In this document: positions 1 through 12,848 of the stretch, one piece after another | How the letters are laid out: the number at the start of each line of letters is the position of its first letter | Numbering within the stretch: position 1 is the stretch's first letter | Assembly: GCA_037447605.1 (NCBI GenBank) | Contig: CM074817.1 | Location: 372,001 to 436,000, forward strand | Direction of reading: 5' to 3' | Length of the DNA: 64,000 bases | From: Zygnema circumcarinatum SAG 698-1b | Taxonomy: Eukaryota; Plantae; Zygnematophyceae | Notes under the pieces: model-generated | What the model was told of the DNA's origin: nothing | The model's input: only the letters and a program-made list of their open reading frames with translations | The model's database searches: none | Made by a program: the position numbers and the translations under genes

Positions 1-1903
1 CCGGGTGAGAGCCTTGACCTGTTTCCGACTCACCTCCCCTCCTGCTTCTTCTCCTTCTTTCAATTCAGTTTCTTACCGCAGTTGCTGTCGGCATTGCATG
101 GAGCCTTGGCAGGTTTTTGGGAGAGCATGTGGTGAGGGAGCTTGTGGAAGAGGGTCACAGCGTGCGCATCATCGCACGATCGAAGCCGGCGGCGCCTCTC
201 GGACGCAACACTGAGGTAAGCCGCAGGGGGGCGGCAGAGCAGCGAGGCAAAGCGCTGTCAGGATTCCTTTGTATGCATCTTTTGATGCGTCAAATGGCTG
301 GCAATGGAGGGACGCCAAAGGGGTTGACTGCCGGCGAAGAGAAGCGAAAACTCAATAAGTTTTAAAGCTTCAGCAAAATTGTCGTAAGACTGCAAACCCT
401 GACATAAAGGGGCTCTGGGTCTTAAAGTCGCCCCTTGAATTCCAAACTAAGGAACACACAGGAATTGTAAACATCCAATGTCCTTTTATCTATCATCGCG
501 GCGCAGGAAACCTATGTATTTTGCGTTTGCAGGGCCAGGCTAATATTGTCGCTCATGTCTGAAATGCATTCTTGCTAGGATAAAACGCCTATAAGCGCTG
601 TAGCAAATCTGTACGGCCAAATATAATTTTTCATCGTCCGTATTAAAGAAGCTGCACAAGACTGCACTGTTGTTCTAAATTATTAAATAAAATTATGTAA
701 GGTTAGGTTTTTGCAGGATCGATCACCGACGAAAGTGTCCTGAAGACGGTATTTGATGGGGTGGATGGCGTTTTCCATCTGGCGGGAGTTGTGGAGCACT
801 CAAGGCGGAAGGAGGATTTCATCTACGATATCCATGTGGGTGGAACTATGAAGATTATGGAGAAGGCGAAGGAGTTAAGAGTGAGGTGCAGCTCCCCTCC
901 CTTTCTCTCTCTCTCTCTCTTTCTCTCTGTCTCTCACGCTTCTTCTCCACTGACCACTTCTTACTCAGCCCCGCTCTCTCTCGCCCTCGTTGGGTTGTAT
1001 GATCACTTTGACTACCAAGTGCTTGATTGACAGAGGGATGATGTCTGCAAGGTGATGCAGGAGAGTGGTGTACGCGTCAACTTCAGGTACGGTGGCAGTC
1101 AGCACATCACCCGAGCATGTCGCCGATGATCATGCGCCATACGCGAAGGATATTGTGAAGAATTGGCCATATTACAACACCAAAGTTATAGCGGAAGAAA
1201 AAGCTCGTCAATATGCCAAGGAAGTCAATATCGAACTTGTCTGCATGCGCCCAACTCTTCTTCTTGGACCAGGTACAAGCTCGCTCTGCAAACGGAACCG
1301 AGCAATCACACAATTAGATTGTCCATTTGGTGGTTCGCTCAGAACATGGCTAGTGATTGTTGTGCAGAGGTATGAGATGTAGTTGTTTCCTCTCTTATCA
1401 TCCTCTCTTTCCTTCCTCTTTCCATCCCTTTCTCGTTCGCCCCTCTCCTCTAATCCATCCCATTGTTCGGCCCGCCCGTCCACCCTCACCCCTAAAAAGC
1501 CATTCTTTTGGGTTATTGTAGGTTTTCATCAACCCCCTCGTTCTCTGCCTCTCCTGTCTCTCTCTCCCCCGTTCCTTCTCTGCCCCTTTTGTCTCTGTCT
1601 CCCTCCGTTCCTCCTTTTGATGTTTTTTTTCTCAACATGAACATGCAGGAGATAGGCGGCTGAGTTCATGCAGGAGCATAGTGGACCTGCTGGAACAGAA
1701 AGTGCCTTTTGTACCTTGTGGCGGCCTTTCATTCGTGGATGTTCGCGATGCGGTACAGTCATCGAGTGTACAAAAAACAGTCTTGTGGCTTGTTCCATAG
1801 CTGCGATTCAGTTATTATCATCGATCTGTGATGCTCCTCCTATTCCTTGTTTCGTTCAGCATTGATGGGGTTCTCCTCTCCTGTATAACGTAGCCATTCC
1901 TCG

Positions 1904-1946
<43 letters not shown>

Positions 1947-2894
1947 NNNNNNNNNNCCCCCCCCCCCCCCCCCCCCCCCCCCCCTCTCCCTCTTCCCCGT
2001 CTCCCACACTTTTGTCTCGTTGCCGCTGCTCCCCGTTTCTCTCCACCTCACCCTCTCTCCCTCTCTCTTCCCCCTCGTTCTCCCTTCTTCCAGGCGAAAG
2101 CATTCGTCGTAGCCATGGCAAAGGGCAAACCAGGAAGCACTTACCTTTTGGGGGCAGAGAACATGCTCCTGAGCGATTACTTCAAGCGAGTGGAGGCCCT
2201 TTCAGGCGTCCCTTCTCCCTGGCTGCGTGTGCCAAACGCTGCTGCATGGGCCATGGCCGCCTCTGCCAATGGCCTTTCTGGACTCTTCGGGCGATGGGAC
2301 CCCTCGTTGGACCCTGTAGTTGTGGAAATGGCGCAGCACTTCTGGTGAACATCTTGAACTATTGGTGTGGAGTTTTGGGGGGTTTGGGCGGGGGGGTTTT
2401 GGAGGGGAGGGGTGGGGGGGGTTGGGGGGGGGGAAGAGGGTGGAGGAGTGGGGGGGGGGGGGAGTGGGAGGGAGAATGGATGGGGGAAGTGGGAATGGGG
2501 CGGAGAGAGGGCGGAGGGAAAGAATATCTGGGGCCGGGAAAGAATCGGCCGAGAATGTGGGGGGAAAGAGAAGCGGAGGATGAGAAGGTAATAGGAGAGA
2601 ATGGAACATTTGAGTCTGTTGGTATGTTTGAGTGGGAGGGGTGGGGGGATGGGAGTTGGGGGTATTGATGTTAAGGGAAGGAGACAGTTGCAGTAGTGAA
2701 TGAGTGAGTATATTTTTTGCCAAGAGGAGGAAGAGGGCGCTGATTCTATGTCCTGCTGTTGCCATTGTCTGTGAAGGTATCTTGATGCAACAAAGGCGAG
2801 GCAGGATTTAGGGTTCATGCCACGGGACAGCGCCAAAACCCTAAAGGACACCATAGAGTGGCTTGTCAATCATCGCAGCGAAGTTCTTGCTTAG
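1..2894 (+). CDS. Extended SDR / NAD-dependent epimerase-dehydratase (DFR/HpnA-like), 5'-partial, multi-exon
   Basis: Exons approx 1-4, 113-215, ~716-885, 1061-1272, low-quality ~1510-1600, ~2093-2344, 2777-2894. Motifs (T)GFLGEHVVRELVEEGHSVRIIAR, DGVFHLAGVV, VYASTSG, catalytic YNTK (YxxxK), RPTLLLGPG, KARQDLGFMPR. The exon 2/3 junction and the exon beside the poly-C gap are not cleanly resolved. Confidence 0.85.
1904..1984. repeat. Poly-C tract around a 10-N gap; adjacent G-rich 2370-2660 looks like low-quality sequence
   Basis: Homopolymer run with Ns, seen directly. Confidence 0.9.
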
Positions 2895-3982
2895 TTGTGC
2901 TCCCGCTTCCCTCCTTTTTCCTTCTTGACGTAAGCTGAAGGATTAGGTTTTTAGGAGGATTTTTTGCTGAGCGCGTCGATTCCCTTAAAGGAAGAGGTTG
3001 CACTTTTAAATCAGTTTCAGATCCATCAGTTTTGGCTCAGTTTTAGTGTGATCGTCACTCCTTACTCTCGGTTTTTTTCAGCTGTTTGTTGTTTATTGTT
3101 TTCAATGCTATACCTCGAAGAAGCAAAAGCTTATAGACTATTTTGCACATTAGGGAGGGTCAAACTTAGCCGAGTCTCATACATTTGGAATTCGAAATGA
3201 AATTAGTCACCGAGTAATTAGTATCGTATTTGACGCGATGTCCAAAGTTTTTTACCCGACATGACACCATTGACCACGCTTTAACTCATGTTACAAGCTA
3301 CTATTCAGGAAGGAGCCTTAACATTAGAAACGAAAATGTCTACAATAAATATTTAAAGAAATAGTTAGAGAAAATTTAGAAAAGGTTGACAAAAATGGTC
3401 CTTTACTTTATCAAGTCCATTGGTTCGGTCCATTATTCCATGAACTTAAAAATAATTGAACTTTCGTTTAATTATTTTTTAAACAAAATCCAAACAGGCA
3501 AGAATCCTGACTGAGCACGAAACATACGAGGGGGGAAGAGAGCTTCCATCACCTGAGTGACAGGGAAAGGCTACCGGGGTAATAGGAGGGCAAGAGACCA
3601 ACAATTTCATCCCTGGCCCTTGCCAACAAATGCCTCTGCCTCTTTCTCTCCCTCTCCCTCTTTCCCCCTCTCTGATGCTTCATCCAGTCGAAGGTGAAGA
3701 AGGCCGTCTCTCAGCCTACATAAACTAGAAAAACGAATAAATCGCCCAAAGTGGAGCGCTTCAGAAATAAAACATCCTTTGATCTTCAGAAATCTACACT
3801 CTGGTATGGTATCCACACTCCGACAGCGATGCTTTTGATCAGCAGTTTCTTATTGAACAGCAACTTTGTGGAAGGAGAACGAGACGGAGAGAGAACAGAT
3901 AGGGGATAGGGGGATAGATCATAATACGGAGAGATGAGATGGAGAGATGAGTATCGGTCCATATCGGTAGTGACTTGAATAA

Positions 3983-6900
3983 TCAGCCGCCTTTGTCAAT
4001 CCAAAACTCCTCCTTTGGTGCGGGGCCTAACGGGTTATGAGCCTCGATATCCAAATGCAAGATTTGAGGAACCAGCAGCTGGATCTCCCTTTCTAGACGA
4101 TCCACTTCGCTTCCTAATGCCGTCATCAGCTCTTCTCCTACACAGCCAAACAGAAGTCGAACAAAGAAATGAAAGCAGTGGATGCATAAGGGTGGACCAA
4201 GCAATCAGTTTCTGGACGGTTCAATTACGCACTCAAGAGTTCAGACATTATCAAACTCTAATAAATATTTGTGTTTGGGTAGACACACGGTCCTTAGACG
4301 TTGGTCCTTAAGATATGCTTTAGAGAACATGAATGACTTTCTTCTAAATATTCCTTAGCCTACCAGAAATCCTTTTGAAATCCCTTCGACAAAAACCAAA
4401 CGCAGTTTGTATCCATTGATTAATCCAGAGCACCCAATCGTCCTCTCATCTTACTAGTAATGAAAGGAGTATCTGAATCAATGATAGCTACTGTCAAAGC
4501 AGCAGTCAGTTAGTGAGTCCTTCTTGTTTAACATTTCCGAGCATTCCAGATGTAATCCTGGAGGAAGCTTTTCTCACCGTAATTCCCCATCACTCTATCC
4601 AAAGCACTATCATCTCCTGCGGCGACGGCCTTCCTCACCTATCCCAGCAGAGTCAGACAACGGAGGACATAAGACTCATCAAAGCCTGCAGATATTTCAA
4701 GAAAATACAACGTGCCTTGTTCTGTCATTCCCGACATTGAATCAAGAATTTTTTTCACTATGCTAGTTCCAATACAAGAATGCGTCGGACACTGGATATC
4801 TTTCATAGGGTTTTCTTATAGAGAAAATACTCACTTCGCTGTACAAAGCATCCTTCCCCACCCTATTTAAATAATTCTGAACAACAGCGACGCCATTGAA
4901 ATCTGCAAAATGCGAGACAAACCAAGATCAGGCAATAGAGAGCGCAGATCACAGTCGAAAGGGAAACGCGCAGTAAAACAACTGTCTGCATCTCAGAGAC
5001 AACAGGCAGAGGTAAATATATCAATGTCACCTATTTCCGCTTTGAATCTATAAGCGCCTGGACCAATGACTTCACTTTTGCAATCCCATATGGCATCCAC
5101 AACCTGCAAAATAAGTCAAGCAGTTTTCACCGTGAGAAAGTGAACGAGGTGAGCATGAGTTGAAGAAGAAGGTTCACGTTTAAGTAGTGAGTGAGTGGGT
5201 TTAGGCTGACTGAATGCGTGAGTGTAGAGTTTGTGAATGTAGGCTGAGTGAGTGTAGGGAGAGTGAGTGTAGGGTGACATCAAGGAATCTCAAACATGGC
5301 AATGGAAAACCTGCCATTAGAGGTGGACTGCTGCAAACGATTCCAATTACCGGATCTTGCCGCAAAAACCAAATCACTTTGCGAACATCGTCCTCCTCCA
5401 TGGATCTTCCTAGCAAGGCTTCTCGGTTTCGCCCTATCAAGACCACAGCAACCTGCGCAATAAAGATTAAATGCACTTGAAGCATCTCGTTGAAGCCATG
5501 TCTTAAATGTGCACTTAATTGGCATGTCATCCTTCCGCCAGCATCACATCATTCCCTTTCAAAGTTAGCTGCACAAGGATGCATGGAGGCTCAGCTGTTA
5601 ATGTGCCGAACATGATCGTCGACACAAAAAAGTAGAGCGCCTGCAATCCATTTCATTTTTTACTAGAAAACAATCATGCTATTGCAAATAATAAAAGAGC
5701 GATTAGCAAGGGCATCAAATGCTTACCGCACCCAGTAGACCACCTACGGCAATAGAACCGATTGCATCATAGATTTGGTTTCCGGTAATGTGAACAGCAG
5801 TCATAGAAGCGGCTGCGATTCCAAGACCCGTCACTGCTGCTCCATCCTGGGACACCATTGAAGACCACAAACAGACATAAGCACCTTTAGGACGGTTACA
5901 GAACCCATTGCGTTGCTGATAGGCCGCAAACACAGAAAACACATAATCCAAAATAATGCACTAACAGCACTGATAGGTGTGTGTGTTTTGTTGGCCTTTC
6001 GTACTTCCAACAAACATTATAGCCACGACTCGTAGAGATAGAGATTGTTTAAGATAGATAACGAAAACTGACAAGTTACACACCTGCGGTATTGCGACAG
6101 AGCAAGCTTTAACAGCAATTATTTCAGATGCCTGAAATCACCAAGTTTGCAAGCAATCAAGAGTTGGTTCAGGCCCCGTTTGTACCTCCAACAAGACAGC
6201 AACGGCAGTTGGGTCATGTCCGCGCCAAAGATACTTTTTTACTGTCATACGCTCTGACTTAGCACTAGCACGTACTGCGTTGAGAGCAACATAGAAAGAT
6301 GCCCCTGCGCCACACATAGATCAACAGAATATCAACTAAGGGCAAAAGAGGTAAAGAAATGTGCGAGACTCCAAAGATACGATTCAAACTACGCAGATCC
6401 TTGATTATACGCCACACCCATCTCAAGTGCATAAACCAAGTCATCCAGACGAAGGACTCTATTTGTTGAACATTGAAGGAGGAGAAAGTCATGGAAGCTG
6501 TTAAGGAGCTAGGGATGCTACAATGCCCCGTGGCAATGTACCTTCCATTATAGCGGATACAAGGATGACTCCAGCAGCCATGTAGACATTCTGAACCTCC
6601 TGCCAGATACGGGGAAAAGCAAAGAAAACAGCAAGAGAACCGTCACTATCTGCATCGGTATTGATCAGATGCAGCAAGGTCTTGTTACCAGCTTTGCGTA
6701 CAAAAGAAGTTTGGAAAAAAAGGGAATCCAAATGCCTGGATCACATAATGCAGGCAGATGTGAAATGGCATCATGGCATCATGTCAAACGCTTTGCAAAA
6801 AGGTTGATTTGAGTACCTCAGGACTGTATAGGCATTGAATGCCATGGGCAATGGAGACTCCCGCCCCGAGGCAAAAGATGCCAGTCGCTGAGATAAGAGC

Positions 6901-8635
6901 CCAAACAAATCGTTCCTTTGTGTAGCCATACCTGCATTGTGATCAGATGAGAAGGGTTCAGAAGGAGTTGCCTTTTCCCCTCTTCATATAAACCAGAAAT
7001 CCTTGAACACCTGAACATTTGCAAACCCCACGAGGGGAAAGAGCTAGTCAGATGCTGAAGTCCACTCAGGCGACCTGCAAATATCAGGTTCAACTTACGG
7101 ATGAGCAGCATCAGGGGCCCTTTTGGAGCTTAATAGGCCATATGCAAGAAGTCCCTGGAGCCAGAATCAACAAGACAGTCAATCAAGCGAATGAGCTGGC
7201 AATCATTAACACTTGAATTCAGTAGGTATTCAGTATTCACTTGACGAGTACAGTACGCCACACGAGTATGACGAACACAACCCCATAATAATGAAACACG
7301 GATTTCCAAACGACGCAATTTAAAAGCAAATCTTACAGACTCCCGAACTCCACCAAACCGGCTGTAACATAGTCGAGACAAACCCGGACTCAGACAAACA
7401 CATGCATGAAAGGCCAAAGGTAACGGTAGCTTCGTGCCTGATTAGCAAGATCGGCAAGGGAATGAACAGCTTCGGCCAGCATGACGCTGCTGCTTGTGGC
7501 GACATATATCCCAACTTTCATGGCCAAAACGAAGCCATTACAGAGGAGTGCAATCATTACTGCTCGCTTGCTGGCAATGCACGATGAAAATGATAAAAGC
7601 AAGTTAGAAGAGCTTTGGTTCGCATACAACACAGAAACGATCTGAAACACAACACAGAAATTCCGTAATAGTCTACAAAGCATGAAACTAACCTACTGAA
7701 AACATGAGTCACAGCCAAACTTTCGCAGAGTTCATTAAAAGAACCTGTCGTAATGAGAATGTAGGCAATACCTGTGATGATCATTATCTGGAAGTTTAGG
7801 AGAAGATACGGAGCTAAAGCCTGTAAAATCAGCTTAAGACAAACCTGTCAAGAGCGTGCAGTTACAGAGAGAAAATCCTGCATTTCATAGGCTGCAAGAC
7901 TTAGTGCAAAGACATGCAACAAACCTGGTGATAAGGCTTGATAGAAGTTGCTAAACAGGTTACAAACAGGTAATATGACAGTACGGCCGGAAGCGGCATA
8001 TGGCCTGAAACATACTGAACTAAGCAGAGAAACATTATAGAAAACTAACCTCGATGACGACCACATAATGAGCAGGCTCGCTCAATATGAAGGCCTGGTC
8101 TGCTAGCAAGCAGCCAAACACGTTGTTGCTTTCTCTGAGATGAATGGAATCCTGAAGAAACATGGAGCGTCTTCTTTTCGGCTGAGGAAGAAGCATTTGG
8201 AAAGTGAGAAGAATGCCGCCTCTGATTCAACCATTCGCTCCGCTCGCCAGGTGTTGTCCGAAACCTTTCAGGTTCCAGATATTTTTCGTCGTTCTGGGAT
8301 AAGTAAAGAGAGGTTCTAGCCTTGCTGGCTATCAATAATCTCTTATATAAGTTGGCAGGCTCACAACCAAGAAGTGGAGAAGGCGGTGCTGGCCGAGACT
8401 GTCCTAACAAATTTCGACTTGAAAAGCTCCAAACATGATAATCCGATGTCTCTTTCTTCTCCTCCTGGTTCAGGTAAACATTCTGTCCATGTAAACTGGT
8501 GAAGATCCCGCCATGAAGCTTTCGATAGGAGCTGTCATTTGTGTCGCCACGACTGAGCAATATCTTCTGTACCGCAGTCCGCAAGCGCCTTTCAGCTCTC
8601 CGATAGAAAATGCAGGTTCTTAAGGACGAGGACAT
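3983..8635 (-). CDS. MTP7: Cation diffusion facilitator, MTP7 (MTPc4)/ZnT9-like, with a long basic N-terminal extension (possible organellar transit peptide)
   Basis: Exon translations KRAVMIALLCNGFVLAMKVGIYVATSSSVMLAEAVHSLADLANQ, RGHDPTAVAVLLE/DGAAVTGLGIAAASMTAVHITGNQIYDAIGSIAVGGLLG, LIGRNREALLGRSM, DFNG, GEELMTALGSEVDRLEREIQLLVPQILHLDIEAHNP match the plant MTP7 pattern. GT-AG introns. Confidence 0.9.
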
Positions 8636-9513
8636 GGCAGACTCCTCACATAAACCTACGCTTATTCCATATTTTCCTTCCTTAAATATTTCCTTCTTCC
8701 ATTTGCCACCACCACCTGCTTGCTCTTCATTGCACACTGCAACAAGCCCTGCTCCTTGCTTGACAAAAAGTCCCTGTCTGCTAGCAGGGAACCGACGGAT
8801 TTCTCATCAGTGTACAGTCAAAAGTACAGATTTCGTACTTTTGTACTGTTGAAATCCGCTGCAGAACAAGTATCGCGCAAAACGCCAATCGTGCCGTGCA
8901 GTACGGATTCTTGTACTGTAAACTGTACGAAACGTACAATATGTTCCCATATGTTTCTACATACCTGTACGAATATGTGCTGGCCCCAAGCACTACCGTA
9001 TTGTACAATGTGTTTTCCGTATGTTACTACATACCTATACGGATATGTATTAGCCCTCAGCCATTCTCTACCATTCTCTGCGCTTCCCCGCTGTTCCTCG
9101 CCTTCGCTTCTCTCCTACTCAACTTTGCCCTTTTTTCACACTCTTAATCATAAACTTTCTCTGGAGGAGGCATTCGCTCCCACTTCGTGCATCATCCACA
9201 GCCCTATGCTTCTCTCTCTTCCCTCTTCTCTCTGCTTCAATATCTCACAGGTTGCCAGTCCCCTCGCGATTCCTCGCTCCTTTCCACCCGTCCCTCTCGT
9301 TGCTCCTGGCTATTTCTCTCTCGCCCGCAGACGCCATGCCCTTATGTCCTTTTTAGATCTCCATTCTGCATTGGAAGAAGCTAATTATTCTTAGAATTCT
9401 GCTGTGCTGGACCTGATCTCGCCACATATCCCTCTCTCTTTCACTCTTTGGAAGGTTTGAGTGAATACTCTGTGAAAGACTTTGCAGCTTTGCCCTAATA
9501 CGCAAGAGCAGTC

Positions 9514-10800
9514 ATGGCTACCTTTGAGATGAACGATCGGAGGAGTGAGTTGCTTTCATCCATCTGCTCCTTATGCATTTGCACAATATGACTCGAACCC
9601 CTATTATCCCATGATCATAGGAGGTAAAATTTCTGAATTACTAGTTTGATTTTTTGCTTAGTGAGATTTCTCGAGAAAGGGGCTTGCAGAAAACCTCAGA
9701 TTTTCCTGTTTGTGTTTTTCTTTCTGAAATTCTAGCGAGAAATGTGACTTGTTAGAGCTCGGGTCTGAGATAACGCTCTTAGTCCTTTCAAATCATACGT
9801 AGTCTAATTCTAAATACCTTCAAATACCTTTTCCCTTTGCTGAACTGATCTAACTAGTTTCTGTATGAAAGGTCCACTTGTGACTTTCCCACCACAGTTT
9901 AAAGCTGCAGTCGATAGGAGCTACATCCTCACTTTAATCGAGCAACCTAAAGTTAACTGAGAGCATACATTCAAGCCGTGTTTCAACCTTACATTCTCTC
10001 TCTTTTTTATTTCATTATCTCAAGGCTTATGTGTGTATTGGTGATGCAGAAATTGGGATTGGTTTAACTGCTTTCGGTGTCCTTTTTTCGTGTTTGGGAA
10101 TAATGTTTTTCTTTGACAAAGGCCTCTTGGCTATGGGAAATGTAAGTCCCTTTATGCCTGCTCTGCCATTTAAACAGAATTCGTGATTGATTGACAATCT
10201 GAATTGGGCTCAACGTGTCACTAGTACATATTTGTCTAAAGAGAACAGAAAAATATAATTTTAAAGAGTTAAAAGAGCGGATGGTTCTCTTTTGTGTAGA
10301 AAAGCCACTTAGCATTGCGCATTTCTGGTTGTAAAGCAATGCGGTTTATCAATCTTGTTGTACTCACTTTATATACTTTTGAGAGTAAACGGTCTAGTTT
10401 GATTTGTTGTGCTCACAGAATATAGCATGAATACGTTTTCGTTAGGAGTTAATGCAAGGGAGGGTTGCTTCTCATTCGATCGTTGACAATTAGCCCTTTA
10501 ACAACCTATGATCATGCCTTCTGATGTCCTGTATAGGATTCGTTTTAAAGCAACGGGGGCCTAGTTATAGTGTCCTTGTGTGAATCTGGGTGATAACATG
10601 AAAGTTAATTGGAGTTTTTTCGTCCTTAGAGCGCTGGGATTTTATTTTCTGATATGCCATTTGTGTCAGGGGGCAAGTAGTAGCCTCTCTCATTTCGGCT
10701 GTGGCATGTCTTTGTGAAGATTCTTTTCCTTGCAGGAATGACCCTTACCATTGGCCTACAAGACACACTCTCCTTCTTCCTTCGACGACGAAATAGAAAG
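9514..10800 (+). CDS. GOT1: GOT1/SFT2-family vesicle transport protein, 3' part lost in an assembly gap
   Basis: Exons ~9514-9544, ~10050-10141, 10720-10800 splice to [68 protein letters not shown]. Followed by (CT)n and the N gap. Confidence 0.9.
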
Positions 10801-10817
10801 GTTCGTAATCCTTTTTT

Positions 10818-10819
<2 letters not shown>

Positions 10820-10909
<90 letters not shown>
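10820..10909. repeat. (CT)n microsatellite abutting N gap 10910-11009
   Basis: Seen directly. Confidence 0.95.
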
Positions 10910-11186
10910 NNNNNNNNNNNNNNNNNNNNNNNNNNNNNNNNNNNNNNNNNNNNNNNNNNNNNNNNNNNNNNNNNNNNNNNNNNNNNNNNNNNNNNNNNNN
11001 NNNNNNNNNGCGCTTAGCTAGTCGTAGGAGAGGAAGGAGCGCTCCTTTTTTTTGTGTGTATCACTTAAAGTAAAAGCTTTTGGCCGATTGGCCTCTCGGA
11101 ATGTGCAAGCAGTTGGAGTTCTGTTTCGTCTTTGCTTTTTGGAGGTGTCATATCATGATGGCCATGACATCATTCATGTACGTACA

Positions 11187-11282
11187 TGAGAGATGAGAGA
11201 GAGATGAGAGAGAGAGAGAGATGAGATGAGAGAGAGATGAGAGAGAGAGGTGAGATGAGAGAGAGAGAGATGGGAGATGGGA
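11187..11282. repeat. Compound (GA)n/(GAGAT)n microsatellite
   Basis: Seen directly. Confidence 0.9.
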
Positions 11283-11644
11283 GGTGTGCTCTCATGGAAG
11301 CATGTGCTTAGAAAGAGCACTTTCTCCTGTCATAGATTTGATTATAAGTTCCAGTTTGTAAGGAAACCTGGAAAAAAAATATATAAATTTCTGGAGTTTC
11401 GGAAATGCTGTCAAAATCACGATATGTATGAGAAGGCGTCAAATAGAGTTCTGAGCTTAGTCATTGGTCAATTAGAGTAAGCCAATTGGTCAGTTGATTT
11501 GCTAGTCGACGAGTTGGTCATTGGCTACTTTGGTCTACTCGATTTCTGTGTGACGGGATGTGTTGAACTGAGAGGGAACGGTAGCGTTGGACGGCACATC
11601 CTGCATCGTCGAACGGATTCTGAAACTGCGACGAAATCTTGAAA

Positions 11645-11825
11645 CAGTTCGCTTCACATGTGGACAATTCTCTCGCTTTTAGTGCCGTGTTGTTAAGCCT
11701 AAAAGTAGATTTTCCGTGTCGAGGCTTGTCGTTTTGTCCTTTGTGGCCGCTGCCTCTGGTTCCCTATGTCGATTTTATCCCATGTACATTTGATGGCCTT
11801 GCCATCGTGAGTTCAAACAAACATC
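11645..11825 (+). mobile_element. Short 3'-end relic of the CRE-type retrotransposon
   Basis: tagtgccgtgttgtt..gccta..agtaga...gtcctttgtg.ccgct...tggttccc.atgt.gattt...tttgatggc.ttgccatcgtgagttcaa aligns by eye with 30873-31015. Confidence 0.75.
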
Positions 11826-11836
11826 TTTCTCGCTTG

Positions 11837-12103
11837 ACGCGTGTCTTTGACGCATTCGTTGACCGAGGAAGACTCCACGTGGCAAGCAAGAGTCAATTTG
11901 CCACGTCCTGCGAACGCCAACTTTGCGTTCTCTTCCTAAAGCGTGCCACGTGGTAAAAAAGTCAAGCACAGTCCAGATCTCTCGCCACGTGTCCTCACCG
12001 GGGCCCCTCCACTTCTTTTTCAAATGTCGAGTCGCTCTCAGGGTCCACGTGTCAAGATTAAGCCAATCACAGCATGCCGTCTCAGCACATTTGTGCACGT
12101 GGC
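11837..12103 (+). promoter_or_regulatory. ABRE/G-box cluster with a CE3-like element
   Basis: CACGTG at 11876, 11947, 11986, 12046, 12096; GCCACGTC at 11900; ACGCGTGTC at 11837. Confidence 0.6.
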
Positions 12104-12431
12104 AGATCGTGATTGGATTTTTTCCTGAAAAGGGTACAATAGAGACCCCGCCTTCTGCTTTCTTTCTCCTTCCGCTGAGACGCGCGGTTTGATTGCAAGC
12201 TTGTTCGCCCCCTTGCAACAACTTTTGGGGCAGCAACTTTCCAATCAAGCAGAAAAAAAATCGCTCTGATTCCTGTTAAATATTCCTGCAAAACTGCAAA
12301 GCTCCGCCTGAAAACGTTTCAGAATTAACAGATTCTGAGGGCGCCCTGCGACTCTGCGAGGAGGAGACGCACTGTCCTGCAAGAAGCGAGTGGGTTATCA
12401 GGCAAGCTTAGGGCTACTGTCGCTCGCAGCC

Positions 12432-12848
12432 ATGGCTGTTGTTACCAGGATTCTCGGCAAGCAGGCAGTGGAAACTCTGCTGCAAAAGGAAAGCGTCCCT
12501 ATCCAGTGTTTGGCGGAAACATTCAAGTTTGCGTCAGACTCTCGTTGTCAGCAAACTTTGATGAGTAGAGGCTTCTTTGGGTCTGCCATGGCTGCTGCGG
12601 AAGAAGCGGCAGACGCTGCGGAGCCTCAAGGGACTGCTCCTGAAGGCCATGGCTTCTCAGACAACTCGCCCATGGCAGAGGCGCGGTTTGGAGGGGAGGA
12701 ACGCGTGTATGGGAAGATACAGGAGAAGACGGGCCATGTCGCAGAGAAATCAAAAGGAATCCAACCGCCAAAACAATCTCAGGAGGAGACTTTAGAAAGT
12801 ACGGGATATGACATGTCGAAGATGACTGTACCTAGTGGATCGGAGTGA
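12432..12848 (+). CDS. Small intronless hydrophilic protein with a putative mitochondrial presequence (LEA-like candidate)
   Basis: 138-aa ORF from gccATGG (MAVVTRILGKQ...MSRGFFGSA) with an E/A/G/S-rich C-terminal half. Preceded by the ABRE cluster. Confidence 0.6.
   Translation: MAVVTRILGKQAVETLLQKESVPIQCLAETFKFASDSRCQQTLMSRGFFGSAMAAAEEAADAAEPQGTAPEGHGFSDNSPMAEARFGGEERVYGKIQEKTGHVAEKSKGIQPPKQSQEETLESTGYDMSKMTVPSGSE

Noticed and set aside
1818-2869. Gly-rich and Pro-rich ORFs of 187-230 aa
   Set aside because: Products of poly-C/poly-G, low-quality intronic sequence next to a gap, overlapping the SDR gene
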